DNA from: Octopus vulgaris
Lineage: Eukaryota
Assembly (NCBI GenBank): GCA_951406725.2
Contig: OX597836.1
Location: forward strand, 2,294,001 to 2,358,000
Length of the DNA stretch: 64,000 bases
Direction: 5' to 3'
A model generated the notes under the pieces. The model searched no databases and was not told the origin of the DNA. It saw only the letters and a program-made list of their open reading frames with translations. A program made the translations under genes and the position numbers. Shown here piece by piece: positions 1 through 13,110 of the stretch (its first letter is position 1; every line of letters begins with the position of its first letter).

Positions 1-341
1 CAATACAACTATGAACGCTGATGTCCACATTCCATGTTGAAAGGACTACAATACATAGAAAAGTGGATGGTATATCAGATTCGCCGCGGAGACATGGGAA
101 CGCCAAAAAATGAGAACGCAGAAACGGTTGTTATGTAAATGACTAGCGTGGTACTAATTAGACACTCGTATGTTGCTTTGCTAATGACATATACAGTTCA
201 AATGGTATTTATAAATCACTATACTTATGACTACTGAATCATGGGATACAAAATGAGTCGATTTAAACATAATGGTAAATGTTAGAAAGGCGTATTTACG
301 CCAATACATATTTCTCTCTCTCATATATATATATACACACA

Positions 342-617
342 GTCATTCTTGAGTGCTACTGGTAACATGTAATGCAGTACAACCCGCTGCATGGTCGGGT
401 CGTCGGCGACTGAACTGGCAACACCACCATGTTTTTTGGTGAGGAGGGTGTTGTTAGACACCCTGCGGGAAGAAAAATAAGACCTGCCAAAGGGCAGATT
501 AACTCCTGAAGATTCAATTTCTTTATTAACCATGAGGTTGAGAAAAAGAGGGGGCGATACGCGGACAGAGAAAACAAACATTGGTGTGAGGGGATCGAAC
601 GGCCATCCAGCCAAATT
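342..617 (+). mobile_element. GC-richer structured segment, possibly a retroelement (RTE-like) 5' UTR fragment
   Basis: Non-repetitive island between TA/CA runs with local hairpins (AGGGTGT..ACACCCT), next to an RTE 3' fragment. The family assignment is inference. Confidence 0.3.
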
Positions 618-633
618 TATATATATATATATA

Positions 634-912
634 TCCCCTTGATCGACCAGTCCATCGGGCGTCCATTTGACACCGCTGGTCACAGCACGCTGTCCACCCC
701 TCTCTGGATCGCGCCTTTCTCATCCACGTGATCCCAATCGTCCTCCTGGAATCGTAACTCCAACGTCGTGGAGGCCTTCCGAGTGGTCGTTTCCGCTCGC
801 GCGGGTACTACTCGACAACCGTGCCGGTCCACCGATTATAGGTAAGCCGGATGACGTGTCCAGCCATCTAAACTTGCTGCGTGTATATACTGCGATGACG
901 TCCCTCACGATG
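634..912 (-). mobile_element. RTE-clade LINE, 3' end fragment (decayed)
   Basis: Minus strand with one frameshift and one stop reads SKFRW/AGHVIRLTYNRWTGTVVE*YPRERKRPLGRPPRRWSYDSRRTIGITWMRKARSREGW, the typical RTE C-terminal WAGHV..W.P...R..GRP..RW motif. Confidence 0.85.
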
Positions 913-1094
913 ATATATATATATATATATTTATTTATGCGCGTATAAAAGCAAAATCATCCGAATGTTTAACTTCGAAATCAGATGTTACTATTGTTAA
1001 TACAGTCTATGACAAATATTTTTATTTGATAATATTAACAGCGGTAACATGGGCGGTTCACAGGTTTAATAGCATTATAAGCTCTAAAATATAA

Positions 1095-1249
1095 AATTAG
1101 CACGAAGCCTTTAGGATGCCTTCCGGATGCTGTGCGCATGAACGTATTCAGAAATGAGAGCTAAGTTCTCAATTGGTGCCTTCTGGCGGTTGAATTGAGA
1201 CTTTAGCTCTCATTTCTAAATAGGTTGATGCATTCTTAAGGCCTTGTGC

Positions 1250-1254
<5 letters not shown>
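1095..1254. mobile_element. Palindromic MITE-like element / hairpin
   Basis: 1136-1174 pairs with 1193-1231, and 1095-1119 pairs with 1230-1254 (about 80-85% by eye). Loop is 18 nt; flanks are TA-rich. Confidence 0.7.
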
Positions 1255-1299
<45 letters not shown>

Positions 1300-2216
1300 T
1301 ACACATAGAGGGAATGAGAGAGAAACAGAGAATACAGAGATTATAGATAAACAACCAAAGATCACGTGATGCATTTTTATTTTCCAAGAGAGATTAGCTG
1401 TCGTACATTTGTTTGGATATTTCTTGGCTGTAAATATAAACTAAGTTCTTTGTTTCTATTCTAGTTTCTGTAACGGTTTTATCATTTTTATGCAGTTTCC
1501 TCATCTATGCTATTCCATAATTTATACACAAACACTTTTTCTATCTATCTATCTATCTATCTATCTGCCTATCTATCCTTCTATTAATCTGTCTATTTAT
1601 ATGTGTAGATATGTATGTATACAGATAAACACATACACACATATGTATAACCCATATACATATATGTATAACACACACGCACATAAACTTAGATGTCAGA
1701 CATATTTTGAGAACATTATAAAAAACTAATATCTTATATCTGAATAATGTAAAACAATTTTATCCAAATCCAATATAACCAAGGGTTTTTTCTTTTCTTT
1801 CTTAGTACTTCCATGTTCATTTGTAAAATGGAAGCTACAACGTCTTTTATTTCTTCGCATTCTCCAAGACATTTGATTCTTCTAAGGAAGTCTGCGATTC
1901 TATTTTAGTTTCTGTAGAAAGAAAATAATACATCAGCTTTCTCTTTCGTTTTGCCATAATCATATAAAGCTTTGGTCGTTCCAATAATATGATCTACGTT
2001 TTTGTTATTTATAATAAAATATATGATTGAGAAATAAGAGTTTTCATTTCGCAATATGAAATAATATATTTATACACAAAAGATAATTCATCAATCTGCC
2101 GATATTACTCTCTCTCTCTCTCTTTCTCTCAGACAGGCAGCCATCAAAATATATGTACTAATACATTTTTACGTATGTTCTTATGTATGTATGCGTCGGT
2201 AGGCATTATATATGTG

Positions 2217-2262
<46 letters not shown>

Positions 2263-2353
2263 ACACATAATCAAATGGAATAAACGAACATTAAATATAA
2301 CAGTAATATATATATATATATTATGTGTGTGTGTGTGTATATATATATATATA

Positions 2354-2711
2354 GTGGAGGCTCAATGGCTCAGAGGTTAGGGCAGCGGACTGGCTGTCGT
2401 GGGATCGCGGTTTTGATTCCCAGACCGGGCATCGTGAGTGTTTATTGCTCCTAAAGCTCCCCGAGGCTCCGGCAGGTGGTGGTGGTGAACCTGGCTGTTC
2501 TCTTCTATCACAACTTTCTCTCTTCCTGCTTCTGTTGTGCCTGTATTTCAAAGGGTCAGCCTTGTCACACTGTGCCATGCTGAATCTCCTCGGGAACTAC
2601 ATTAATGGTGCACGTGTATGTGGAGTACTCAACCACTTGGGCGCTTCATAAGCATGCTGTTCCTTTGATTGGATAAACTGGAACCCTCGTCGTCGTAACC
2701 GACGGAGTGCC
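2354..2711 (+). mobile_element. SINE family B (tRNA-derived head), full length
   Basis: Head GGCTCAATGGCTCAGAGGTTAGGGCAGCGGAC..GGTTTTGATTCCC has A-box and B-box-like motifs. Homologous to copies at 6899, 11277, 41664 and 50776. Confidence 0.85.
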
Positions 2712-5309
2712 GGAGTATGTATATGATATATGTATATACGTGTATAAGTATATCTATCTATGTGTGTGTGCATGGTTACACATCTATATATGCCACTGTG
2801 TAGACAAAGTTGCAATGAAGACATTTGATTTAGATCATATTATCTTCTTAACTGTTTGACTTGGCTCAATGCAACTTAATGTTTCGGGGGCCTCTCTCAA
2901 ATCAGGCCACAATGTGTCACAAGGTGTCTAGAAATGACGTTCTCTTTTTTCTTCATTTTCAGGTAGGCTCACGAGCTATGGCAGGTTCTTGGTAGATAAC
3001 GCTGGCCACTATATCTGGAATCTCCGGTAAATAAATCATTTTTTTCTGTTGAAGAATCCCTTTCCAGAGAGCTCGTACTTTGAGAGGTAATGGTGAGGGT
3101 GTAGAAGTCTAAGTACCCAGGTGAGGGAATGCACATTTTGTGTTTATAAAATGTTACTAGGGAATACTATTAAGTTGCTGGTTGACTGCTCCCACATCTG
3201 TGTCAGTCATCTCTCCTTAAAGTTGCTCGCCTTCACGGAGATTCTATGTCAGTGAATTTCAAATGTTAATTAGATAAACCCAGTTACGAGTCTGATATTT
3301 CATTTTATCGGCCCCGGGAGGGATGTGATTAGGATTCCTGTAGGCGGAAAACGAAAGAACTTGTACAAATGCGTTGCTCTACGCATTAATCAAGCTAATA
3401 ATATACTGTCTTGAACTGAATTCTAACGTACAGCATCGTAATATAAGACAGTTTCTGTCAGAAGTCGATTGACTACTTTACACAGAAACTAATCGAAATA
3501 TTAACGCAGACTTTAAATAAATTTAGAATCATTCTATGACATAAAACGTAACATAATACATAGACTATCATGTCATTTGCTACAGTATGGCACCATATGA
3601 GTGGAGGGATTTTTAAAATCTATTTTCAGGAATATTCGGTTTACAATCAGCTGAATCTCTAAACGTGAAATTAACATAAAAGTGACGAAAGGAACCGAAG
3701 TTACATGTAATGTTAACGCTATTGTCAGGCTGCATCGCTGTGACATTTGACAAAACAGGACATTGGATCTGGAGGCACAATGAAATGAAAAGCACACATT
3801 TAGAAAAGATTCGGCCGTGCTCTATGAATAGTGCTTCGTTAACCGACTCCCTAAGTACGAAATACGAACCCCATCCGGTTTTGAACGCCGATCCTAAAGA
3901 ACTTGCACACACAGCAATTTTCCAACTAAAGATTCTGCCAACTCGCTGCTTTCATATAAATGTTATATAAAATGGAATCACCGAACGCAACACAATGCCA
4001 TCCTCTAACATTGCGTACAATAGCATAGAAGATGATACAATAAAATATAGTGGCCGGCAATAACCATAAAATATATGCCACGCACATTTATTCTAAAAGC
4101 TGTGATTGTTTGACAGCCGCAAATCTTTGAAAACGTCGCATCGCCTGCGTTGTTTTATGCATGATTCCACCATCGTGCTGCAATATATTATTTTTCCAAC
4201 TGATTCTTTTCCTCCGCCATGAATAAATACGTATAAAGAATGGTTATACGAGAAAATATCACGTAGGAAATATCTGTCTTACCTTTTAGGTAGACACATG
4301 CTAAAAGACAACAACAAAAACAGCAGAAACAGACTTACATTCTGCCATCATTTTCATTCTAGGATATCTATGACTTTTATTTTATTTTATTTTATTTTAT
4401 TTGCTGTATTATTATTTACTATTGTTGTTCCGCTTTTTTAGATCTTTGCTTTGATTTCTGCAGAGTTTCTTTCGTGATTTTTCTCTTTCATTCCTCTTCA
4501 AATAACTTCATGTTCTATCTTCCTTTGTTTTCTCGACTTTCTCTGTTATCGTTCCTTTTTTTTGTGCTTTTTCTTCAATCTAATTTGGCATTCCTCTGTC
4601 TGCTTCCCAGTGTTCCTGCATACATATGCATAACTACTTGAACACACACACACACATACTTACATACATACTTCAATATATGTATATATACATATATGCA
4701 CACACACACATACTTACATCAACATATATATATATAAATATACATAGGTGCATATACATATTCATACACACGCACATATACATTTAGAGTTATGAATACA
4801 TAAATGAATCCATAAACTAAACAACATACTCTGAGCCCATTAAGACTACGACTACTACTACTAATAATAATATTGATGAAATTAATCTCACTCGAGTCGC
4901 TACAGAAACAGTGTTTTGAAGTAAGCAGAGCTGCCACCATGTTGGGGCTTCATCCAAAGCGTGTATTTTAACGACCATTGTATCTCACACATCCTTCTTA
5001 TCCAAAGTATTTTGGATTGCCATTTATGGTACGCTTTTGTATATAATATATATTTATCTTTGGACGCATATATTCCCCAAACCACGGCAGCATAGTTTTG
5101 TAACCCATGTTAAAATTCCTAAACCGATCAAGAATTATTTTACTTGCGATGCTTACAAATGTAGATTCCATTTAATATTGCACTCTTAACGCTGCCTCTA
5201 ACAACTAAGCACCCCCACCACATACTTTTACTGAATATTTGCACACATTGCAAAACAATAAGTTGAAGAAAATGTGAGAATGTGGAATGAATATTGTTTT
5301 TTGTTCAAA

Positions 5310-5661
5310 GGCGGCTTATTGGTTAAAATGTCAGAGCGCCCTGGCAAAATGCTAACCATGGTCTCATCCGTGTGTACGTTTCGAGTTCACACACCACCGA
5401 AGTCGACTTTGTCTATACTTTTTGTGTCGATGATATAATTAACTGCTGAGCCTTGGAGTCGATGATATAATTAACAGCTGAGCACTTGAGTCAATGTAGT
5501 CGACTCAGTCTCTTTCTCCAAAATTTCTGACCACGAGTCCAAATTTCAATCCAATTTTATATTTTCTTTGGCGGCAACGAGCTAGCAAAATCATTAGCAA
5601 GCCGCGCCAAATACTCTGCCGCATTTCGTCTGTCTTTTTATTTTGATTTCAAATCCCGCAG

Positions 5662-5663
<2 letters not shown>
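5310..5663 (+). mobile_element. Two old SINE family A copies (one with an internal 32-bp tandem duplication, one truncated)
   Basis: Diverged matches to the family A head and core (GAGTTCA..GTCGACTTT..GTCGAT). GTCGATGATATAATTAAC.GCTGAGC is duplicated at 5426-5492. Confidence 0.65.

Positions 5664-5730
<67 letters not shown>
5663..5730. repeat. (GATA)n microsatellite
   Basis: Seen directly. Confidence 0.95.
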
Positions 5731-6793
5731 TGGACTGAGACATAGGATTATGCAATCTGAGAGATTACGATGTTGTTTTAAAGAGGATGAATCGACAGCG
5801 TTGGTTTTCTCTCAATGCCTCGTTTAGTCAAGTATTTTCACCAGAAAATGAAACTGCGTGTTGAATAACGACAGAATTCACTTGTTGGCAATAGCTTTTA
5901 AAAGTTGTTGCTTTCTCTGTTTTTTCTTTACATGGCTATAGGTTGTTATTAAATTTGTATTCTAAATATTCTGTAATGCTAAAAGAAATAAGCATTGATA
6001 TTTATTTCATCTTTATTCTTACTCATTTCGTTGCTAAATCTGTCATTTTTTGTCACTTCAAATGTTCCTTGTATTGTTCATGATATTATTATTATTATTA
6101 TTATTATTATTGAGTTGGCGTTATTATCATTGCTCGTGTTGTTGTTATTGTTGTTCACGCGTCTGATATATTTTTTTAAAAACATTCTTTTGCCATATCT
6201 TCTAAATACGTGTCTACAGCCGCATTTGTTAATGTTTTAGGCCGCTAATTAAAACAAACATCACATTCCACAGCATCTCTGTCAAAACGTAAATTACCAG
6301 TTCAGACAAAAAATCATTTTATAAACTCATTAGTTTTAGTGGATTTCGTCTAGCTGTCTACGTTTCTCTTAATACCATTCCTTCCCCCTCTCTCACCGTC
6401 TCTCTACCTCTCACAGTATTTCTCTTTCTCTCTCTCTTTTATAGTGGACACACACATCAGAGGAATAACAAACGATTTGAAAGAAATAGAAACTGACAAA
6501 ACAAGCATACACGCATAGAGGCGCGAACACACACACACACGCACGGATTGGTCTAATCTGATTTCATTTTTTTCAATTTGTTTTACTCTTGGCTAGCAGT
6601 TTATTTATTTTGTTTGTATATTTGTTATCAAATTCATTGTTATCAGTATTTTGTTTTTACTGTATGCGTTTAGGATTTAACATTTATTTTTGAAGATGTC
6701 ACTTGAACAAACTTCTATTTCTACGCATGCACATAGCACCAGTGGACATAGCGTGAGCATATAGAAGTGTGTGTGTGCGTGTAAGTGTCCAAG

Positions 6794-6863
<70 letters not shown>

Positions 6864-6898
6864 TATATATACATATATACACATATATACATATATAC

Positions 6899-7156
6899 GT
6901 GGAGGCGCAATGGGCCAGTGGTTAGGGCAGCGGGTTTGCGGTCGTTGGATCGCGGTTTCGATTCCCAGTGAGTGTTTATTGAGCAAAAACACCTAAAGCT
7001 CCGGCAGGGGGTGGTTGCGATCCCTGTTATACTCTTTCGCCACACCTTTCTCTCACTCTTTCTTCTGTTGGCCTGCTCGCTTAGCCAGCAGTGTGGCATC
7101 ATTTCAAGGCTAAAACAACGCGAAGCGCCTTGTGACCAGCGATGTGTAGCATCGTG

Positions 7157-7157
<1 letters not shown>
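6899..7157 (+). mobile_element. SINE family B with RTE-like tail
   Basis: Head GGCGCAATGGGCCAGTGGTTAGGGCAGC..GGTTTCGATTCCC. Tail TGTGACCAGCGATGT matches the RTE 3' end at 670-684 (14/15). Confidence 0.85.
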
Positions 7158-7210
<53 letters not shown>

Positions 7211-7917
7211 GTGCTTTCACAAACACACACACACATATGTATTTTATATATGGGGGTGGTATATAAAGCATAACCTTAGCCATTGTGAGTCCTGGAGAAG
7301 CATTACAGATTTAACATGGCAAAGTGGCATTGATCAAATTCTTTATGTCTTTATTAAAGTTTATTTAAATGAATTGCCATGCATTTCAACTGGATATATT
7401 AATTTTATGAAAATCTGGAAGATTGCATTTTGGGATATTGGTAGTGTATAAGAAAAGTTTTCGATAAGTTAATAAGAGCATTTGTGAAATGCTGTTACCA
7501 TTATGAGATTTACGTATCAAATTCCAGGTGGCGTTACTGTTATCATATCGAAAGCAGTGAGTATCGACATGTTAGATTGAAATAAATATCTGATGATGAA
7601 GGAGACACATTAGTTAAAATAATTAATATTTTAATTATTGCGGTAAGAACGCAAGATAAATTTTGATATATTGAAGCAGAATGTAAAGTTGTCAGTGAAG
7701 CATGAATTTGATTGCAGAGGCAGAAGATTCGAAATGAAATTCCTAAACAGATATGAAATACTGGAAGCGAGTCAACATAAAAGGTTTCTAGAGAACGAAG
7801 AAGGAAACACTTGAAGTGAAAGGAGACGGAAATTTCATTTCTGCTCCCACAAACACACACACACACACACACACATGCACTATATGTATGCATATATATA
7901 TGTACACGTATATATTG

Positions 7918-8030
7918 GACCGCTGATCACTACCCGTCTTTTCATTCTCTCTATCTCTTTGTTTACTCTTATTTCATTCTGTTTACGAGCGTAGGCTTGA
8001 GACATAAAAAACTTATTCACTTTTCCCGAT
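7918..8030 (+). mobile_element. Short repeat carrying a hammerhead-like motif (copy 1 of 3; Penelope-type terminal repeat suspected)
   Basis: CTGTTTACGAGCGTAGGCTTGAGACATAAAAA, homologous to 18860-19040 and 26950-27127. Confidence 0.55.
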
Positions 8031-8149
8031 CGAGAGAGAGAAAGAGAAAAAGATATATATATATAGAGATAAATAGAGAAAGATAGATAGAGAGATATAT
8101 ATAGATAGAGAGAGATATAACGATACGTAGATAGATATAATAATTCGTC

Positions 8150-8460
8150 TCCTTGGCAAACCTAACGTTGGAACACGTGAAATGCTTTTAGGAATTCATC
8201 CCATCACTCGCAAACCGGTCAATTTCCCGTCTTCTGATATTCTTCAATGTTTCCACAATTCAAAGTTATTCAGTCGATATCCCTTTTCCCGTTCGTTTTA
8301 TCATTCTGTTATAAACAAAAACATTTCTTTTTCTCAAGTAAACATCTCGTCTTCGTCATGCGACCGAATCACTGCACTTCACCGTTTCTGACTTCACATC
8401 ACAAGTTTCCAATTAAAACCCAACACATTGATTTCTTCGGTAAATGAGTTTTAGGTCGAT
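8150..8460 (-). mobile_element. Possible highly decayed mariner transposase N-terminal (HTH / WVPH-like) fragment
   Basis: Weak motif resemblance across stops and frameshifts only. Confidence 0.25.
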
Positions 8461-8589
8461 AATCCACTTATATAACATTAAAAATCCCATCGCATTGTTA
8501 AGGATCGTAAACTCTTACCAATGTCTTTTGAATTCAACCGTTGACCACGTCAATAAGAAAGACTATTGTCCTGTTTTGCATTAGCATCG

Positions 8590-8822
8590 ACGTGTGTTTG
8601 TGTGCGTACGTGTGTGCATTTGTTACCCACCAACACTTGATAACTGGTGTTAGATGGATTACGTTCCCATATCTTAGAGGTTCGAGAAAAGACGCTGATA
8701 GAATAAGAACCAGGATTTAAGAATACTAAGATGTGAGGTCTATTAATTCGGGCGGAAATCCTTGAAAGCGGTGCTACAGCATGGCCGCAGTCTAGTAATT
8801 GAAACAAGGTAGAAAATAAAGG
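8590..8822 (+). mobile_element. SINE family C, 3' half
   Basis: Ends GCGGTGCTACAGCATGGCCGCAGTCTAGTAATTGAAACAAG, matching the 3' end of the copies at 14578 and 32693. Confidence 0.75.
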
Positions 8823-9086
8823 ATGAATATGCTGAATAAAAGTCTGCCTTCGCAACCGTCAAAACATTGATATTCGCAGACCAGAAGCAGACAACAAAAA
8901 CAACAACAGCGACACGATTGACACCAAAGCGAGCAACAGGAGGGGCGGAGGGTGGGGAGGGGGTGGGCGTGGGGGAGAGAATGTAATCTCGGTCTCTCAC
9001 AAACGGATATCGATTTTTGTTTTTTAGCAGAGATCATATCGTGGAGAGCAAAAAATTAAACAATGGAAAGTCCAACGGCACCAGCA

Positions 9087-9482
9087 AAATTATCATCATC
9101 ACTATCAGCAACAACAGCAGCAGCAGCATCAACATCACTATTTTCAATACCATCGTTATCATAAATATCACTAGCACCACCGCTACAACCACTACCACAA
9201 CAACAAACAGCGACACCATTACCTTTACCATAACCACTACCAGCATCACCCCCATCATCATCTTCAGCTTCACCACAAGCCCCCACCACCGTAATCATCA
9301 TGATAGCGATCAGCAATACCGTCACCATCATAATCACCATCCAACGCCGCTACCATCACCACCACCCTCATCTTCATGAGAACAACGACTACGATGACCA
9401 CTATCACCTTTACCATCACCACCACCACCACCATCTTTATTATCATCATCATCATTTTCATCATCGTCATCAAACCGTCGTC
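9087..9482. repeat. Degenerate (CAT/CAC/CAG)n trinucleotide tract
   Basis: Seen directly. Confidence 0.9.
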
Positions 9483-9909
9483 GTCAACGCAGGGCTCTTC
9501 CAAATCAACGTCACCAACGACGCAAAACAGTAAAACGCAAAAGCATCCATGACAACAGCATCAACAATTCCATCTCTGCTAACAAGAACACCACAAACCT
9601 TAGCAACAATAACAGGAGCGAGATGACAAACCAGCACCGCTACCACCCCTACCACTAAACAAAGAACAGCAACAGCAACAATAATGCTCATAACAAAATA
9701 GAGCGAATAGCACCACGTTGAACATTATCGCATTGAACACATCAATAAATTTATGCAAAACAATTATTTCTTGTCTCGGCCCAGCAATTGTCGTGTCTTT
9801 GGAAATGGCGTGAAGACACAACAGACTTTGATGGATAACGATAGCAGCTTTGCAGCTTAAATATTTATAACGGACTGTATGCAGAAACCGTGTCTGTGTC
9901 CAGGGGAGA

Positions 9910-9956
9910 GATGGTGATGCTGCAGCTGATACTGATGATGATGATGGTGATGATGG

Positions 9957-9997
<41 letters not shown>

Positions 9998-10127
9998 GTG
10001 ATGATGGTGATGATGATGATGGTGATGATGGTGATGATGGTGATGATGATGATGATGATGATGACGATGGTGGTGGTGATGATGACGATGGTGGTGATGA
10101 TGGTGGTGGTGATGATGACGATGGTGG

Positions 10128-10180
<53 letters not shown>

Positions 10181-10262
10181 GTGATGATGATGGTGATGAT
10201 GATGGTAATGATGATGATGGTGATGATGGTGATGATGATTGTGATGATGATGGCGATGACGG
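9910..10262. repeat. (GAT/GGT)n trinucleotide tract
   Basis: Seen directly. It accounts for the poly-S, poly-H and poly-M ORFs. Confidence 0.95.
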
Positions 10263-10799
10263 AGGTGGTTGTCGTGTTGGTGAAAGGTGTATGTTTGTAT
10301 ATATATATATGTGTGTATATGTATACACATTTATGTACATATATATATACTGGCATACATACAAATATATATGTGTATCCATAACTGGGAAGGATGAACT
10401 GTAATAAGTTGTCACGGAATACTTCTAGGGGAGAGATATTTTGTTGAAAAACCTACTCGTGTTGTGCAAATGTTGGTCGTTATATTCCAGCAACGCAAAT
10501 GGCTCTATTTATGGTGACGCAATTTGCCGTTTCATTTTGAGAAAGTGTTGAAGGAAAATTGAAGTGTGCAGTCCGAATCACAATGAGAAAGTTGAACTTC
10601 AAGTCAAACAAAAACTGACCGCAACAATCCAGTGGAAGGTGCAACAATATTTTATGTTTTTTATGCTTGAAACCATGTAGCCCGCAAGTGGACTGAAAGC
10701 TCTACTGAGCGGCAATGGACGGAAAGTCAGAAATTCCATGGGCAATGTGGTAACACAAGGTGACGGCAACCAAAGGCGAATATGGTGCAACAACCATGT

Positions 10800-10975
10800 C
10801 TGTATGTAAGTGATTGTTCAGTTTTATTTCAAGATTTCTTGCCAATAGAGAAAGTCGTCGAATCAGATTTCTCTTTTCTGGTTTTGAGAAGCTTAATTGC
10901 TTAAGATTCGTATTTAGGCTGTGGGTTACATATTCCAGTGCCCCAGTAATTACGGGTAAGACTAGTATGTTTGTA
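10800..10975 (-). mobile_element. RLE-type non-LTR retrotransposon (R4/Dong-like) C-terminal fragment
   Basis: Reads ILVLPVITGALEYVTHSLNTNLKQLSFS; the P(V/I)xxGALG motif follows the RLE in these elements. Confidence 0.55.
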
Positions 10976-11276
10976 TGCATGTATAAATGAGCAAGGAGTT
11001 CACTTGATCAAGAAAATGCGTCCGGATGTAGCAAACAATGGGTCCGTATCGGTGTTTATACACAGGGAAAAAGAGGAGGATGAGAGGGAGTGAGATTTAA
11101 AGGGGAAAAAGAAAACGTAACGAAGGGGATTTACCTGGGAGTAGATATTATAAGTATGAGGGGAGGGTGAGGGATGAAAGAAGAAGAAATAAAAGACAGC
11201 CTCAAAGGAAAGCCAGCACCGTTGACACCATCACCAAACAGCAACACTAACGGCAACAGCAATGAAAACAAGTACA

Positions 11277-11684
11277 GTAGAGGCGCAATGGCCCAGTGGT
11301 TTGGGCAGCGGACTCGCGGACGAAGGATCGCGGTTTCGATCCCCAGACAGGGCGTTGTGTGTGTGTTTATTGAGTGAAAACTCGTCAATCACTACGAGGC
11401 TCCGACAGGGGGTGGTGGTGACCCTTGTTGTACTCTTTCGCTCCAACTTTCTCTCACTCTTTCTTCCTGTTTCTTGTCCCCGACTTCCTATGCCAACGAT
11501 GAGCCTGGATGCACATTCATCCATCCGTCGATGCTCTCGGTGTCGGGGGTTGACCTGCTTTCTCTTCTGCGGGTCTTACGAATAGCAAAGGACCACGTTT
11601 CGGACTTCTCCCACGACAGACAATTCTGAGGCGCGATCTTGCGAGCTCTGGGTCGAAGACCGCTTCGCTCAACAAACAAACAAC
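11277..11684 (+). mobile_element. SINE family B with a third tail type ending in (AAAC)n
   Basis: Head GGCGCAATGGCCCAGTGGTTTGGGCAGCGGACTCGCGG..GGTTTCGATCCCC. Shared body to about 11470, then a unique GC-rich tail. Confidence 0.85.
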
Positions 11685-12396
11685 TAAAGCAGCAGCTACA
11701 ACATCAGCTACGGACAACAGTAGTACCAACAACAATGGCAACACTAACAGCGTTACCAGCAGCAACACCATCGATATCATGAACAACATCATCATCAACA
11801 ACAAGAAGAAAGCTACTGGCAACAATAACAAAAAGAACAACATCAAGAACAGAACTACTACCAACAACACCAACGACGGCACCAGAAATAACAATTGCAA
11901 TGACAACAAAAGCTGTAAAACCATCAACAAAAACAAGAAGAAGTGCACAACAAAATGGCAGCAATTATGTTTACAAATGTAAAAGTTTGCCTTTCTATCG
12001 TTTTTGTTTACATAAGATTAATTTCCGTTTTCAAAGAATGCTGCCGACATCTGTAATTAGCGATTTAATCACATATTCATATACAACACATGTTACAAGG
12101 TAAACACCAACAATGAACACACCTATACGCAAAAAATATATACACGTGCACACGCATACCAATGTATTTGCGTGTATATATATGTGTGTGTACGTATACA
12201 CAGATGTGTGAGCACGTATATATACACAGATAACTAACTTCAATTTATTTCTCCCTGTATACATCATTCTTTTTCTCTCTCTTAACATACATGCACAGCA
12301 TACATAGACAATATACACACACACAAACACTTGCATATATGTATGTGCGTGTGTGCATATACGTATATTTATATGTATATACACACACAAAATGTG

Positions 12397-12435
<39 letters not shown>

Positions 12436-12587
12436 CTGTCAGTATTATGTATGCATGTATAGCGAGTGGCTTACTTCACTTCAAATATTTCGGATCCCTG
12501 AGTCAACCTGACCGGAAAAAAATATTTGGCAAGATAGCTCGCAGCATAAACGCAAAAATTATGCGCATGTGTATATAATATATATGA

Positions 12588-12813
12588 GGCGGCGAGCTGG
12601 TAGAAACGTTAGCACGCCGGGCGAAATTCGTAGCAGTATTTCGTCTGTCGTTACGTTCCGAGTTCAAATTCCGCCGAGGTCGACTTTGCCTTTCATCCTT
12701 TCGGGGTCGATAAATTAAGTACCAGTTGCGCACTGGTGTCGATGTAATCGACTTAATCCCTTTGTCTGTCCTTGTTTGTCCCCTCTATGTTTAGCCCCTT
12801 GTCGGTAGTAAAG

Positions 12814-12817
<4 letters not shown>
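12588..12817 (+). mobile_element. SINE family A, full length
   Basis: GGCGGCGAGCTGGTAGAAACG..GAGTTCAAATTCC (A/B-box-like) followed by core GCCTTTCATCCTTTCGGGGTCGATAAATTAAGTACCAG. More than 10 homologous copies in the window. Confidence 0.9.
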
Positions 12818-12847
<30 letters not shown>

Positions 12848-13110
12848 TCACAATCTATACGAGAGATGCACAGAAATAATTACAAGATAGCTAAATTTTC
12901 CTTAAGTGTCCTAGGAAACAATGATCATAAATGTGTGTAATTTGATTGCGGGATGTATAAGAGGAGAAACTGAAAGTGGAAGCAAGCGCTCGGGATGTTA
13001 CTAAATGCTTGAAAAACATCCTTGCCGTTTCTCTTTTTCAATTTTTCCTAAAGATACGTAATATATATATATATATCGTAACATGTGATTGCCAACCAAA
13101 TTTGGCGTCC

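Noticed and set aside
9600-10415. 271-aa poly-Ser ORF and overlapping poly-His and poly-Met ORFs
   Set aside because: They are open only because (GAT/GGT)n lacks stops in those frames; no domain or splice support.
11281-11355. tRNA gene (tRNA-like heads of family B, also at 50777)
   Set aside because: No proper acceptor stem, and the sequence continues into a SINE body shared by several copies.
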